Shown: one piece after another, positions 23,579-38,428 of the stretch
Layout of the letters: every line of letters begins with the position of its first letter
How positions within the stretch are numbered: position 1 is the stretch's first letter
Assembly: GCF_006345805.1 (NCBI RefSeq)
Contig: NC_043001.1
Coordinates: forward strand, 52,576,001-52,640,000
DNA length: 64,000 nucleotides
Direction: 5' to 3'
Origin: Octopus sinensis
Taxonomy: Eukaryota
Notes under the pieces: generated by a model
Told to the model about the DNA's origin: nothing
Database searches by the model: none
Seen by the model: the letters and a program-made list of their open reading frames with translations, nothing else
Program-made: the position numbers and the translations under genes

Positions 23579-26500
23579 AAAATGTCATATATTAGATAAT
23601 AAAACAATGCGTGTTGCATATATATACATTGATAAAAAAAGTCCTGGAAATTTACTGATAAAAAAAGATACGGATACGCTTCAACGGGACATTGTAAAAC
23701 GAGTCTTTCTCTCCTCACTCCTTGGGGATGACTGAAACTACAATGAGGCAGGCTTCTGTCTGTGTAGCTGAAGCAGTTTAAACGTTGCCAGATGCTTATG
23801 CTTCCAACTTACGCTTATTAGTTCTACTGATATATTCTATTTCAATATGACAATTAATAGTATAGTAATTAACAATAATCAAATTCGGGCATAATGCAAT
23901 GTTAGGTTTTTCTGATGAAACTGTGCGTTATATTTTCTTTGTACTGTTTTTAATAATCAGGTAAGAATTGATCCATTTCACCAAATAAATGTGAAACAAC
24001 TTTTTGCTTGCAGACCAATGTATTTAGAAATGGAGCATCCCGAAATATCAAGGAGACAGGAAAGAATGTAATTTATGTGTCCATTACGTATTCTAGATGT
24101 TAAGGGCTTATTAGTACCCATTAAAGAAATTAAATGAGATTCTTTTCAATGGAAGCACTCATTTACATTATTATGTACGTTTTATAATTTCAATTCACCG
24201 TTGCTTCTGTGCATGATCCAGTGAAACGTATTTTACGCATTTCTTTTAAAATATTATGACATAAATATTATAACTTTACAGCACCATCATATTGGACAAC
24301 ATTAATAGTTTCAGTGTAATTATCTTTGATAAACTATATTAGCTAATACACAAGCATTTAGACAAATATAACTACACTTTTGAATAAATGTTTATAAAAT
24401 CTGTCGGTGGAACTTAATATCATTGCTGCTGCTCTGTACATACGGAAAATAAAAGGAAGAAATTTAGTGTTAAGATCGCTCTCTAATTTGCACAACTTCC
24501 TTGCTATAGTCCAAATTCAATTATTTGTGCAACTTCATTTATTTATGTTCACGTAACAGGACGTAAACATTGCATGGAATCTTTAAACATGGTATAATGC
24601 TTACGCCACATAATTTCAAAGGCGTAATTATCAAGCTACAAAGAAATATCTATTATTGCTGTCGATTCTAATAATGGACAGTGTTGCCAGTATTCATATC
24701 AGCAATTCTACCTCACTAATGCCAATTTACCGATAGTTTTACAACTGAGACATGATGTGCACTGCTATTAATTCCATGTATAACTTTTCTAGTGTGGCCT
24801 ATGACATAAAGAATTAATTCAAAATCATGTGTCGATCGGGAAATGTAAAATAACAGAGAGATAGGTGGAATAATACTTGTTAAGTACCTTTGTTGAAGTA
24901 TGTATTAAATTTAACACTTTGAAAACTGCCTGGCTTTAACAATTGTGCTTGTTAATGAAATATACGTAAACGTAGGCTAACATACTTAAAGTAGTTAGGC
25001 ATGTAAATGCTTGAATTTTAAAAGTGAGGGAAAATATAACCATCGTTTTGTGAGAGACATGGAAAACATCTGCAAAACTCAAACTGATTAAACACAAAAT
25101 TATGCTGTGAGAAACGAGTCTCATATTCTTTAAATATATTAGAAATTCTGGATATATATCATATGAAGCATTGAGTATACCCCAGAAACAGCTTTCCTCG
25201 TACTTTTGGCATATTTATTCCTTCCAAACCTAATATCTTCTTGTCCATTAATCTCATCTCTTATCGGCTCATTTGACAACTGCTAAAGAGAAACGCCCAC
25301 GCTTTTCATTACAATATTGAATTGTCTTTCCAAATTTTCTGGAACTTAAAATAAGCTAATTGTTCTCGAAGTAGTTCTCTCGCTAATGTGCTATGAAATC
25401 ACTCATATACGTCTGCCTTCATAACACTTGTGTCCAAAACGATATCTCAACACCTTTCCCTTGCAAATGTACAGTGAGCCCCTGTTTCAATGTACATAAG
25501 CTGCAACAAATATTTATCATGATTAACATAAACTACAAACCACTTCGCGATAATAAATAAAACAAAATATATATTCCTATGTATCGTACTAATTGTATTA
25601 CTTTTCCTTCCCACAATGAACTCAGGATATTTCTTCCTTTTGCACTAACATTTCAAAATCATTACTGTTTACAAACAGTCTACCAGCACAGCTTTATAAT
25701 CATGTAAAGTCATATGCTGCTCATTTTCCTTTCAACACCATGTTGCATAACTACAATAGGGCAACTATAAAAAGCATAAAAAGCATTTATTTTAAATATA
25801 TCACCACCGATTACAATTTCTAGAACTAAATCTACTGTAATCTTCTTTCGCCTTGTTGCTATTAAGCATCACTGTTGAAATATTTGGTGTAACCAAAGTT
25901 ATTGACCTTGTCGTCACATTTGCACTCATTCGTAACAGTTAATATAACATCCTAGCCAAACCACCAATGTATAGGAGGTACAAGGGACTTTTCGCCTACC
26001 AATCATTTTGGAACATCAAACCTCGATAAAATAATGAATATAATTTTACCAACTAATAAGCATGTAACAGTAAATAACTGTTTGGATCTTAAGTGTTAAG
26101 GTTGTAGCAGTGGATGATTTGATATTCGGAACAACCCGGAGTAGACGTGTCCCACCCACTATAATAAAGCTCAATCCGTCTATTGGATCTTACACCAGGT
26201 ATTTCCTGTTAGAACGCTTCTAATTGATGTGTGCACTTGGGGTCTATTCTAGGTAATTATTTATCCAATTTGGTGTAATTCAGGTTTAGGTTAACTCTCT
26301 TGGTCTCGTCTGTGCATTAATATTCTACTCATACCCTTTACGCATATATACACTTAAGGACACAAAACAAACCTGATCATGTTTGCCCGGTATTTTTTAG
26401 AAGAATCATTTCTAAGAAGAAATCATAACGTTCATTCCATCTTTTCACTATTTCTCTGTGAGGAATGTCATTCTAAACCTTAATCTCTGACAATGGCCAT

Positions 26501-28895
26501 CACAGCGTCTACAGCCCAGTTTTATCATTTCCTAAGACTGTACGTTTAGCACAGTAATACATAATCTATTCTTTTCAGGTTGCTTTGATTGAAATATTAA
26601 GTAATTCAATTATCATATAGCAAAAGTTTCCTTCTCGTCCATTTTCCCAGATAACACACAATCGTATACATGCATAAATACTCTCTCTCTCTCACTCTCT
26701 TTCACTCTATGTCGCGCTCTCTGTCGCTCTCTCTCCCTCTCTCTCACACACACACATACACATTAATTATTTATAATTGAACTCTACTTTATCGGTGATA
26801 AGAACTAGGTGATTGAAGGAAAAAAGAAATGAGATGAATGGTTTATTTCAATTATTTGCTATTGTTCAGCTTACTAGTTAGTTTCGATTAGACAGAATTA
26901 ATCTTGAACTCATTCGAAAATGTCCTCTATTTTGTTGTGAGTCTGCTTAATCTATAAGGGTGAGAAACTTTGTAAACTTTCTCTCGTTGGTTATGAGATT
27001 AGAAATACAACACATTTGTGAACGCAGTTGAGTATGTGAAAGTCTTGAATTTAATTCGATAGATTGTTTTCTATTTGCATAAACATAATGTTATACTCAA
27101 TAATAACTATTTTGGCAAAACAAAACTTAAATCTCTAAGCAAGTATGTTTCAGCATGTGGTGCTAATCTCAGTTTCAGAAGCTGCTGTGAATCCAGAGGA
27201 AATTTCGCATGCTTCAAATTCTGTATGCTTTCGTATTACCATAGTTTTCACTACCTCTTCAAAAGACTTAAGTAGACTTTAAGAGATAGTACGCGAACAA
27301 AAATGTTGGTAACTACTCCTTTAAACAATGTATTATTGTCTGTAGAGGCTTTTTGCAAGTGTCTATGCTGTTGATAAAATCCTCTATTAACTCTTTCATA
27401 TTTCAATAATATACTAGTACCTTATCCATTATGAAGTAAAAATATTAGATACCGTAATGAATATTACTCTTGGTAGCTATAACTGGAAGTAATAAAATCC
27501 CGTGACATCCATAAAGGCTGAACAGAATAATAGTACAGCAATCTGCAACTATTGGTTTCATAATGTAGTAAGTTTCATTTAGTTTGAAAGCCATGACAAA
27601 TTTGTATTAACCTTTGTAACCCTGAAAACAAGATAGCGAAGTTATTATACAGAAACGTAATTTATACTATCATTATAATTCTGAATGTTAATTATCGCCC
27701 GAGTTTCAGAAGTGTTTTTAAAAGATAAAATGAATCGGCCAGAGCAGTAATTAACAATAATTGCTTATTAGCAATAAATCTTGCTATTAATGCATCCAAA
27801 CATACATTCTCATCATAAAAATTATGTTGATTACATTTGGGAAACTTGATTTATCAGAAATGGAACATTGGAATTTGCGTTCACTTTAACAAGATTAGCA
27901 TTGGAAATATTCGTAAATGCTTCTTAATTGAAACGATATCTAAGGTTGCGATTTGTTATTTCAGTAAGAGAACAACGCTTGTGGTTACATTATTATAATG
28001 AAGAGAGAATATTATAAAATTGAAATGTACAACAGGACGACTGCTCTTGTCTGTTAATGCATGAAGCATACTCATTCGGAACTTAACCACCCTCACTAAA
28101 ATATTTAGTACGTTTACATACAATACAAAGAACTATTCAGTGGTTGCTTAATAGAAATGAATAAAATGGTACGATTAATTCAATATTAATTCTTTGTCCA
28201 AAAGTATCTTGAACAATAAGCGTTAAAATATATCCAACAAACCTAATAATAGAAATGCTGTGAATTTAATAACAGAAAATAAGTGAATATTGGTCTTTGT
28301 ATTATTGTTCACTCTCACCAGAGTAAATATACTCTTAAGCATATGTAACTTTATAAGTGCAATATACAGTAATAAATTTCAATGGGATTCATGAAGTTAT
28401 AATTGACATTGATCGTTGAATGTCATTGGGTAGAAAGAAAAGTAAACGTTGATGACACATTTGAGAATGAAATATTGGTTACAGTAATAAGTAAAACATT
28501 TATGGTGGAAGACTGCAATGAAAAATTCGTTTCATTGCAATGAGAAATTCATTTAATGATTATACTGATGTGGCATACAACCCTGACAAGAAATATCAAT
28601 TTTCTTTCTAGAAAGTTAACTACGTGCAAGTAGTATATATACATACATACATACATTCATACATATATTATTTACAAGTTTCATTCGGTTCAATGCGACT
28701 TAAACTTTCGCAGGTTCCTAACAGAAGCACGTCTCCTTCATGCGATATTCGGTAATCTAAAGCCTGAAAATAACAGGCTTTTGTTAGAGGCGTGGGAAGC
28801 TTTCAGTCACATAAGAATCAAATTGTTTGAAAATAATACATGTAACACGTACTAAATGTGTAAAGTGCGCTTTTCTTCCATTTATCTTGTCTTGC

Positions 28896-28933
<38 letters not shown>

Positions 28934-30164
28934 CGATAATATTTGTTTGGTAGGGTAATGTTGGTCAGTGATGAACTGAATATATTCTTGATAGCGACAC
29001 TTCCTCAATGTCATTTTCTTTCTTCTGAAAGATGTATGACTTTTCAAATTCAAATGTATAAAATATTACAGATGGGCAAATCAAACTATGCTAACCTTCT
29101 TACAATTCATACTGGCGCTGGAGATAAGAATTTTGAATAATTCAATATTTAATTCTCTTCAATCTATTTACAAATAGCAGCGCACACACACCCTCTGTTA
29201 AATTCTTGTTAGACATAAATGTACTAGACAATTTACACCCTTGATATAAACACACACTCACTCATACATATCTATGTCAGGACGTATATATTCGCAAATA
29301 CGAATACATGTTTACGCGCAAATTTGGAAATTCCGGCACAGCAAATGGAAGTGCATACCTCGTGTATCGCTTCCGTTTAAAAGTCAGGAAAACAATTGCT
29401 AAATGACAGCGTCAGTATACAATGTGATTTCAAATATCGTAATGGAAATGAAAAGTACGATAATCATTCAGTATAAGATATACTGTAATGCGTATGTCTT
29501 AAGAGGAACGCTAACTGGCATTATTGATTTCTTATTTAAGTGCAAGACCACAGGCGTAGATATGCCGCGAATGTGATTGAATGACATTTTGACTTTCTTA
29601 AAGACATTTCCACATAAGTGAAATGAAATGATTTCAACAACAAATCTAAAATGTGTTACGTTTAAGAGAAATGGACGTATCACTATAAATAAGTATCTAT
29701 CACACTAAACTTTGCACTAATGAATTAAGTTACCTGTTGATAGATGAAGTATATGTTTGGTAGCTGGTAGTAAACTAAAGCAAGTGTTTAAAATATGGTC
29801 ATCAAAATAGGAAAGCATATAGGAAAGGAGGCCAAAGTGGGGCATTTCTCAACATTCACAAAAACGTGTTAAAGCCAAGAGAAAGTACAGGTATACGATA
29901 AATTGGAGACAATATGTGTAGCAGACTCTAACTGAAAAAACCCTATGTTGTCGTCTGAAATATATGCAAACAAAGCCGATTCTCTTGATGCATAAGGACT
30001 GATTTTGCAGACACTAAAATCAATAACATTAAATTAAATGAAAGCGAGATGTACGAAAATATGTCACTGGAACAATGATCCACGTGAGTTATAATAGCGA
30101 CTAATAAAATATAAAAAAAGATGTCTTTCACTCTTCTGTACTTTGTCACATTCGATCATACAAA

Positions 30165-30665
30165 AGTAAGTCATCGTGATGGTTCTTTGGCTCTCTCCAT
30201 ACCCTTGGAATGGCAAAAGGCATTGACCTTCCTGTACCTCTTAACCATCCTTCTAGAGTAGATCAACAGCTTCTACATATCACATGTGGGGCCCATGATT
30301 TATCCTGGTCTCCCATGGGCATTCCGAAATAGAGCCTGTACGCTATCCACAATTTGGCACCTTTCATGATCTTATGTAATACCTACTTTTTTCCAATATA
30401 AAAACCACACACATAGCAAAATGTATCTTGAGAATTTTTACATACTCTGATAGCCATCCTGAAAGTAGCAGAACTTAGGAATTGGTCTGAAAGAGAAAAT
30501 TAGACATATATTTAGTAGCGGAACATTATAACAATACTGAATATATAATAACGTTGAAAGTCGGCATATCTTTTTAACTGTTGATGATACACAAAAAATA
30601 ACTTCATTTTTGGAATCAGCAGAAACAATGAATTGATAAGCAATACAAAAAATTGTTACGTTGTG
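30165..30665 (-). mobile_element. Second Chapaev3-like remnant (5' terminus plus N-terminal zinc-finger region)
   Basis: FCYVCGFYIG, YFGMPMGDQDKSWAPHVICRSC, WLRG..MPFAIPRVWREPKNHHDD; CAC terminus at 30665. Confidence 0.75.
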
Positions 30666-30739
30666 TTATCTTATAATACAGACATAGACTTGCCCAAATG
30701 CTTCAATACATTAACATTGATATTTTTTCCACTATCATA

Positions 30740-32313
30740 GTGCGATGTTCGCGTAATTTTGCTATCCAACTTCAAAAGGAGACGCAAAGCAGCTGAAATG
30801 CTCGTGATATCAACAAAACGTTTAGTGAGAAATGACCATTGAGTGTTTTGCTCGAAAATGGTTTAAACGTTTTCGCAGTGGAGACCTGAGACTTGAGCGT
30901 AGTGGACGCCAATCTATCATCGATGACGGTCAAATAGAGACCGTCACTAAGAAGGATCCACGTAAAACCACTTGGGAACCGACAAAAGAACTTCAATTTA
31001 GCAAGAAAACTGCCTGCAGCCATTTGAATACGATCAGAAAATAAAAAGAACTCGATAATTGAGTACCACACGACTTAAATGAAAATCAGAAAATGCGCAG
31101 TTATGAAATTTACTCGTCGCTTCTTCTCCGTAACCAAACCGATCCATTTCTTCACTGTATTGGATATTACGATGAAAAGTGTATTCTGTACAATAATGAA
31201 ACTTTCTTCGCACCGAAAACCTTCCCTAAACCCGAGCCCTTCAAAAAGAAGGTTACGGTGACTGTTTGGTGGTGTACTGCAGAACTCATCCACTATAACG
31301 TCTTAAAAACCTGAACAATCCTTACTGCAGAAACAAATTGCCATGAAATTGTCAGAATGAACGAAAAACTGCTACTCCTCCGTCCCAGACTGGTCAACAG
31401 AAGAGGACAAATCATTCTTCATGACAATGCTCGAACACAGGATTCATTAATGACGCTCCAGAAGCAGAGGGAACTTGGGTACGAAGTTCTTCGCTACCCA
31501 GCTTATTCCTCAGAACTTTCTCCTACTGACTACCACTTTTTCAAGCACCTTGATGGTTTTGTAGTAGTCGGTAGCTAAAATAGTTGAATGATTTATCTTG
31601 CAAGAAGTTTTGTAGAGTAATCTCCTTTTAATAAGTTTCTCCGAAATTTCTACTTCATGAGAAGTAATTCGTAATTATTCAAGAAACGTCGAGTTTCTCT
31701 TGGAAGTTTCTCGAAAGTCTAGAGTTCCATTAATAATAAAAAGTGCTTGCTTGCCCTGCTCTTTGCTTCTTAGTCGACTGGACTCTGAGCCATTCACGTT
31801 GTTGCTATGCCTGTCTATTTCTTTATGCCACATAACTGAAAACCACCACTTAGCTGTTATTTCTACATTTCTGAACTTCCTTGCATAGATTACTTCATTC
31901 AACTAGAATCTACATTTTGATTATATTTCATCAACAACCAATGAATAAAATATATTTTTATGAAGTAAATATATAGTTCTTAAATTTCTTCTTCTTTGTA
32001 AGAATTCTGCTAATAATATGCACGCATCCATTTCAATACTTGATACTGAATATATTCTACACTACAGTTTCCTACAAGAGAAGGAATTCAAAAATCAAAC
32101 CAATGCTGAAACTGCGTTCAAAGAGTACATCAACTCCAGAACTCCAGATTTTCACGTTACCAGAATAAACAAACTTGTAACTCCTTGGCAAAACTGTGCT
32201 CATTGTAATGGTATTTACTTTGATTAATAAAATTAAAAATTTCCGCATTGTTGAAATATATCGTGATGAATTTCATGTTTCAAAACGTTGCTTAATTTTC
32301 ACTCAGCCTAGTA
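30740..32313 (+). mobile_element. Mariner (cecropia/Hsmar1-like) DD34D transposon, decayed, split by a solo LTR; 5' TIR not seen
   Basis: KWFKRFRSGD, DEKCILYNN, HDNAR, YSSELSPTDYHFFKHLDGF continuing LQEKEFKNQ..CNGIYFD after the insert; 3' end tcagcctagTA. Confidence 0.9.
31560..32066. mobile_element. Solo LTR (507 bp) with 4-bp TSD
   Basis: TGTAGT...ACTACA termini; GTTT at 31556-31559 and 32067-32070; removal restores the transposase frame. Confidence 0.85.
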
Positions 32314-33258
32314 TGTATGTGTGTGTGTTATTGTACGGATGTTTGTATATTTCGAGACAGTGTTATAAACACAGATGTATTCTTATTACTGCGGTTACAT
32401 TCGGACCAGTGTCGTAAACAACATTCTTCTTCCTATTTCGTATTGGTTAACTTTTTCAGAATTTTGAATCGGAGAATTTAAAGTAATCTATGGGATAAAT
32501 AGTACACATATGTACATATCATGTATACATTCTCGTATAGGTAATTCTCATCAAACGATGTTATTTGCTTGTTCTGCAAATGATCAATGCTGAAAATGAC
32601 AGCCAGCCGAAGACTGAGGCCTGGTGATTCTTAGAACTATATTTTTGTTTATTTATTTGTTTGGAAACCTCTTTTCTACAAAACCGTGGATGATGGGAAA
32701 CAATACATTGCTCTAAATAACAGAATGACACATGTTGCAAAGCTACTTTTATTTCACATTTATTTCTATTGGATACAATGAAAGCCAATCTTCTACTCCA
32801 CATTTACAACTGGAGCTATAATGGGGATGATATGGCTGATCTCGTAGAATTTTTAATTCTGGGTGCTCTCATATTGTGTGCAAGTTCTCGGGTGACGACT
32901 TATACAAGATTGTCACCAATTGGAAATGACCATACAATGGAGAGATTTTAAAAGGAATTAATAAGAATACTGAAAGGGATTAATAATCTCTAAAAATAAT
33001 CTCTAGCAGCGGCTTGACAATAAATAGCACTATTAGAGATGAGAAAAAAAAGAACATAGAAATCAAGCAAAACGCAAGATGAACATACAATAACTCATTT
33101 ACTCCAGCTATGCTTGAGAAAATTTTAGGCGGGATGAGCAGATGATAGTTTAATAAAGCCCGTCCCTTCTCTCACCCTCTCGCATTATCACTTAATATAC
33201 ATACACACACATGCACCCATACATGCACACACAGACACACACATATACACGCGCGCAT

Positions 33259-33304
<46 letters not shown>

Positions 33305-33535
33305 AGTGGTACAACTAGGTACCAATATTTACTAGAAATTAGCAATCGATACAAATACGACGCTATTGTATAGCTTCACTATCTATTTACCAGCAAAGAC
33401 GTGTGTGTGCAACAAACATGAAAAATTTGTCTTACCTCTAGGAAGAACACTTGATATCTATTTTTATGTGTATAATTCTACCCTTATGGGGCTTTATTTT
33501 ACTGGAAAGTAATACATTTGTATTGCAATGTTATT

Positions 33536-33574
<39 letters not shown>

Positions 33575-33594
33575 TATATTATATTATATTATAT

Positions 33595-34065
33595 TATATT
33601 ATATATTCTTTTTTTCTTTTACTTGTTTCAATCAATTGACTGCACCTATGCTGAAGCATCACCTTAAGGGGTTTTAGTCGCACAGATCGTCCACGGGACG
33701 TATTCTGTGTAGGCCTACTACTTATTCTATCGTTCTTTGGTCGAGCCGCTATGTTACGAGGAGGAAAACACACGTACATCGGTTATCATGCGATGGAAGA
33801 GGAGACAAACAGACACAAACACACAAAACAAGTATAGACACACATAAGCACATACACACATACACAAAGACACACACACGCACACGCACGCACACACACA
33901 TATATACAACGGGCTTCTTTCAGTTTCCCTCTACAAAATCCATTCACAAGAGCTTTGTCGGCCTGAGGCTATAGTAGAAGACACATGCTCAAGGTGCCCG
34001 GCAATGGGACTGAACCTACAACCATGAGGTTGGGAAGCAAACTTGTTACCAGACAGCCACACCTA
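33595..34065 (-). mobile_element. SINE family A, complete
   Basis: Reverse complement of 54485-54892 with internal (CA)n. Confidence 0.85.
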
Positions 34066-34189
34066 AGTATTTGTTTTGGAAGATAACTGATGTGAAATCC
34101 TGTGTTGCAAACAGATATTGTTATATTTGGTGAAGGTCATAATATTTTGCCAGTTAACCACACGCACTATATACTTTGTAGCTCACTTC

Positions 34190-35540
34190 AGCTTTTTTTA
34201 TTATTCTTATTTCAGTGTCCTTTGTCTGAGATCTTTCGTCACACATCTAGTGACTGCTTCAGCAACTCTCCAACCACTGCCCTGTCTCCTCCTGTTCTGT
34301 CCATTCCGTATTTCTGTGATATATATATCCTTACCTGCGCAAGCATTTGGGTCTGTTTCTCTGTGTGTCTGTGTACGCGTGCGAGTTGGTGTATGTACGC
34401 GTGTCTATGTGTTCAGTATGTGTATTTTCTGTATGTATGTCTACCTATGTCTTTTATATATTTTTATTCGTTGATTTACTTACTTACTTCTTCTCATTCC
34501 GTCTTTAGTACGTGTATGTGTATCATGTGTTTGTGCTTGTGGAATTATTTATTGCACTTTTTGTATCTCTGTTGCTTTTCTTCTCTCATTCTTTCTATAG
34601 TCGTCCAGTTTCGTGGGATGGTGCTGTGGAGGGGTGATATTATTCCATGCATGATTCCTGTTTAGGCTTGGTCTGTCTATTACTATATGTGTGGCTTCTG
34701 TAATCTAAGTGTCGTGTCTGATCTGTGCTTTGATAATATCTTAACTACTCAGTTATTAACCGAACCTCCATTTTCTAATTTAGCATGTTAGTAGCACACC
34801 AATGAACCCCCGCGAGTGTTCACCTAACCGCTCACATATGCTACGCGGTCTTTTCCCCAATTTATGCTGTTGTCCTATTTCTGCACTGTCCCTCATTATA
34901 TCGTATACTATAGGCTACATTGCTAATCTTACAGTGTGTTCAACCTACATAGTGTATAGTTGCTATCCGTACATTAGGGCCTTACAAATGGATATGTTCC
35001 ACAGATCAGGGATCTTATGCGAGCTCCCGGCCTTTCTCCTACCCTAACACTTAGTTTCACCGCCAGAGGTAGCATCAACAAACAAGACACTCTGGTATAT
35101 TTGGTTGTCTTACTATGAGTTGGGCATATCTATCATCTTGGTATTTTCTATGCTATTCCAAGATTTTATTCCTGTATAGCAAGCAGATCCCAGTTGCGTC
35201 ATTCTCTATAATGGTGTTGTACTTAGCCCTGGTTTCTTTTTGCATTCTGATCCTGTTCCTTTGGCTGCAACCAGAGAACTGCAAGCAGTGAATGAGGCTT
35301 TGTAAATGTCTTTCTAATTCTGTTCAGTCGCACATGCAGGAGACATTTCTCATCACTTCCATCAAGTCCACTATTAGGATATTGAAATTGTTGTCTGCAA
35401 TAGCTGCGTTCTTGTAGAACATTTATCGGCATAGCGGGAATGAAGCATCTGGACCAGATTATTCCTAATTTTCAACTAGATTTCTGTCTAAAACTGGTAG
35501 TGTTATTTGTGGCTGGGACGTTGTTGGTTGTGCGCTTCTC
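34190..35540 (-). mobile_element. Decayed Penelope-like element (Naiad-type motifs): RT thumb, GIY-YIG and 3' UTR
   Basis: Frameshifted motifs VMRNVS..CLQFSG, GICLLYR, YQSVLFVDATSGGE, VRVGERPG..PF, NVAYSI..IGE, ITEATHI..PSLNR..WN; subgroup assignment from recall. Confidence 0.7.
34222..34266 (-). ncRNA. Degenerate hammerhead motif in the 3' end of the Naiad-like PLE
   Basis: CTGAAGCA-GTCAC-TAGATGT-GTGAC-GAAA-GATC-TC; core substitution at A9, palindromic AGATCT helix III, no clear stem I. Confidence 0.5.
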
Positions 35541-35628
35541 TGCTCTTAACATTGTTTGAACACATCATCATGTGAGCAGGATATATGACGAAAGATTTCA
35601 GATGGAGGACCGTAAAATGATAATAATG

Positions 35629-35682
<54 letters not shown>

Positions 35683-35685
<3 letters not shown>

Positions 35686-36035
35686 GAGAAACTCTCAAAA
35701 TACAAAGACCTGGAAATAGAGGTAACCAGAATGTGGAATCTAAAAACAGAAACAATTCCTATCATAGTAGGTGCATTAGGCATGATAAAAAAATATTCAG
35801 ACAAATACATAACAAAAACACCAGGACTTACAAACACATATAACATACAGAAAATTGCACTACTAGGCACTGCACACATCCTACGCAGAACACTTTCCAT
35901 ACAATAACCATCAGAGCATCACAACAAATCACAGCACATACCCAAGGCACACAGAGCTGCACTCGGTAGTGAAGTGAAAGCACGCTATAAAAATAAAACT
36001 ACTGAATAATAGTAATAATAATAATAATAATAATG

Positions 36036-36108
<73 letters not shown>

Positions 36109-36149
36109 TAATATTAATAATAATAACAACAATAATAATAATAATAATG

Positions 36150-36201
<52 letters not shown>

Positions 36202-36205
36202 TAAT
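35683..36205 (+). mobile_element. Young 5'-truncated R4/Dong-like LINE copy inserted in an (AAT)n array
   Basis: 35683-36004 differs from 42443-42764 at 4 of 322 positions (counted by eye); (AAT)n on both sides. Confidence 0.95.
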
Positions 36206-36279
36206 ACAATTACAATAAAGATCAAGTATATGATGTGTGCGATTATTTGAAAAAAAAACATGTCCGTCCCAAAATATAA

Positions 36280-36290
36280 TATATGTATGA

Positions 36291-36340
<50 letters not shown>

Positions 36341-36394
36341 ATATATCTATATATATATATTATATATATATATATATTATATATATATATATAT

Positions 36395-36432
<38 letters not shown>

Positions 36433-36797
36433 CGTATATATACATATATATATATGTATATATACGTATATATACATATATATATGTATATATATATATG
36501 AATATATTTATATATATATATTCATGTATGTATATATATATATATATATATGCATATATATGCATATATATGTATATATATGTATGTATGTATGCACGTA
36601 TGTATGTATGCATGTATGTATGTATGCATATATGTATTTATGTATGTATTTATGCATATATGTATGTATGTATGTATATATGTATGTATGTATGCATGGA
36701 TAAATTAACGAAGGCAGCTATACGCCAGTCCCTCAGACAAAATTAGCGACAATTGAATTTTTCCTTTTTTGGTATTATATATGCATGCATATAAGTA

Positions 36798-36874
<77 letters not shown>

Positions 36875-37150
36875 GTGTGTGCGTGCGTGTGTGTGTGAGT
36901 GTGTGTGTGTGCGTGTGTGTGTGTGTGAGTTTGTGTGTATATATATATAAAAGAGTATATATATGTATATACATATATATATATATGTATATGTATGTAC
37001 ATATGCATATATATATATGTGTGTGTTGTATAAATAAATATGTCTACATATATATATATATATAATATATATATATATATATACAACACACGCACATACG
37101 CATGCACACCCATCCACGCACGCATACACACACATATGTATATATATGCT
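36280..37150. repeat. Compound (TA)n/(TATG)n/(TG)n microsatellite field
   Basis: Direct inspection. Confidence 0.95.
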
Positions 37151-38351
37151 CATAGAAGCCTGTGTGTTTCTGTGTCTGAGGACATGATTATCAATTAGAT
37201 TCAGCCCAACATCAATGGATAGAAAATAGTTTTTCACTAAAAATAAACGCAATAAAATTAAAGAAATGATTAACTTAGCAAATCAATGAAATATGTTCTG
37301 GAATGGAGGAACAAGGTAGATACGATCGTCTGAAAGCTTTGAAGGCAGCGGCATAGCATTGCCGAAGTCTGACCACATTAAAAGAAAAACGAGGGAAAAG
37401 ATCTTATGTACGAAATCTCCTCCCAACAGCTTTGGTTTTGATTATAGATCAAAAGTGAATGATACAAAACAGAATTCCAGTTCTACAATTATTTAGGAAA
37501 ATCGTTTGTTATATTGTGTGCCAAATGCTAAAGTTTATTTTCTCTTCAAACTAGGCAATTTCATAACCTACATATCTGATTTTTCCGTTTCAAATGTTTA
37601 TATGAGACGCCAGAGATATTGATGAAATTGTGTTCTGATGACGAATATTAATTTTAGACTTGCTCATGTAATAGCTGTTTGTAAATGATCACAAACATTC
37701 TATATATTTAAAGCTTCTGGCGGGATGTTAGTCAGAATTAAATTGTTGGATCTGAATTGAGACAGTTGAGTTGTGGTATTAAATAACTGAATTGGTACTA
37801 TTAAGCTTCGAGTGTAGGCGAATATTTCAACAGTGGACTTTTCAGTTTTTCTGTAATGTAATTTGAAATGTCCACGCAGAGCGTATGAGCATGAAACAGC
37901 TAGAATAAACGAAGTGCATAAGTAATTTCTAATATGAATGTATGTATGTATATATGTATACACATATGTATGTATGTGTGTATATATGTTTTCTAAATTT
38001 ATAAAACTGAGAATGTGTCTGTGTGTGTCTGTATGTGTGCATCATTAAAACTCCAGAACTAACCAAACTATTTCTTTCAAATTACAAACATGGCTCATTT
38101 ACTGTCCCTGCAGTGTCATAGGGCAAAAAACAAATTCTCAAATTATTAGGTAATGCGATCCCGGGGAAATCTCTTATCTCTAACACTATTTCAGTATTGC
38201 GAGTCAAAAGTGAAAGCATAACATCTCTATGTAAATTTGAGATATTTTTAATTTCATAGTTTCACTATAAAAACTGAAACTATAAAAGTGAAACTGTTAT
38301 CTCACATATATACATGCATACATACATGCATACACACTCAGACACACACAC

Positions 38352-38428
<77 letters not shown>

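Noticed and set aside
24014-24067. 54-nt plus-strand exon candidate after ttttgcttgcag, with an upstream gtaag donor 53 nt away
   Set aside because: Very short, two frames open, weak donor, no homology recognised
35620-36205. Regularly repeated arrays as possible CRISPR or satellite with spacers
   Set aside because: Simple (AAT)n microsatellites in eukaryotic DNA; no repeat-spacer structure or cas genes
37335-37375. GGCA..TGCC-GAA-GTC hairpin resembling half a hammerhead
   Set aside because: No CUGANGA and no helix III
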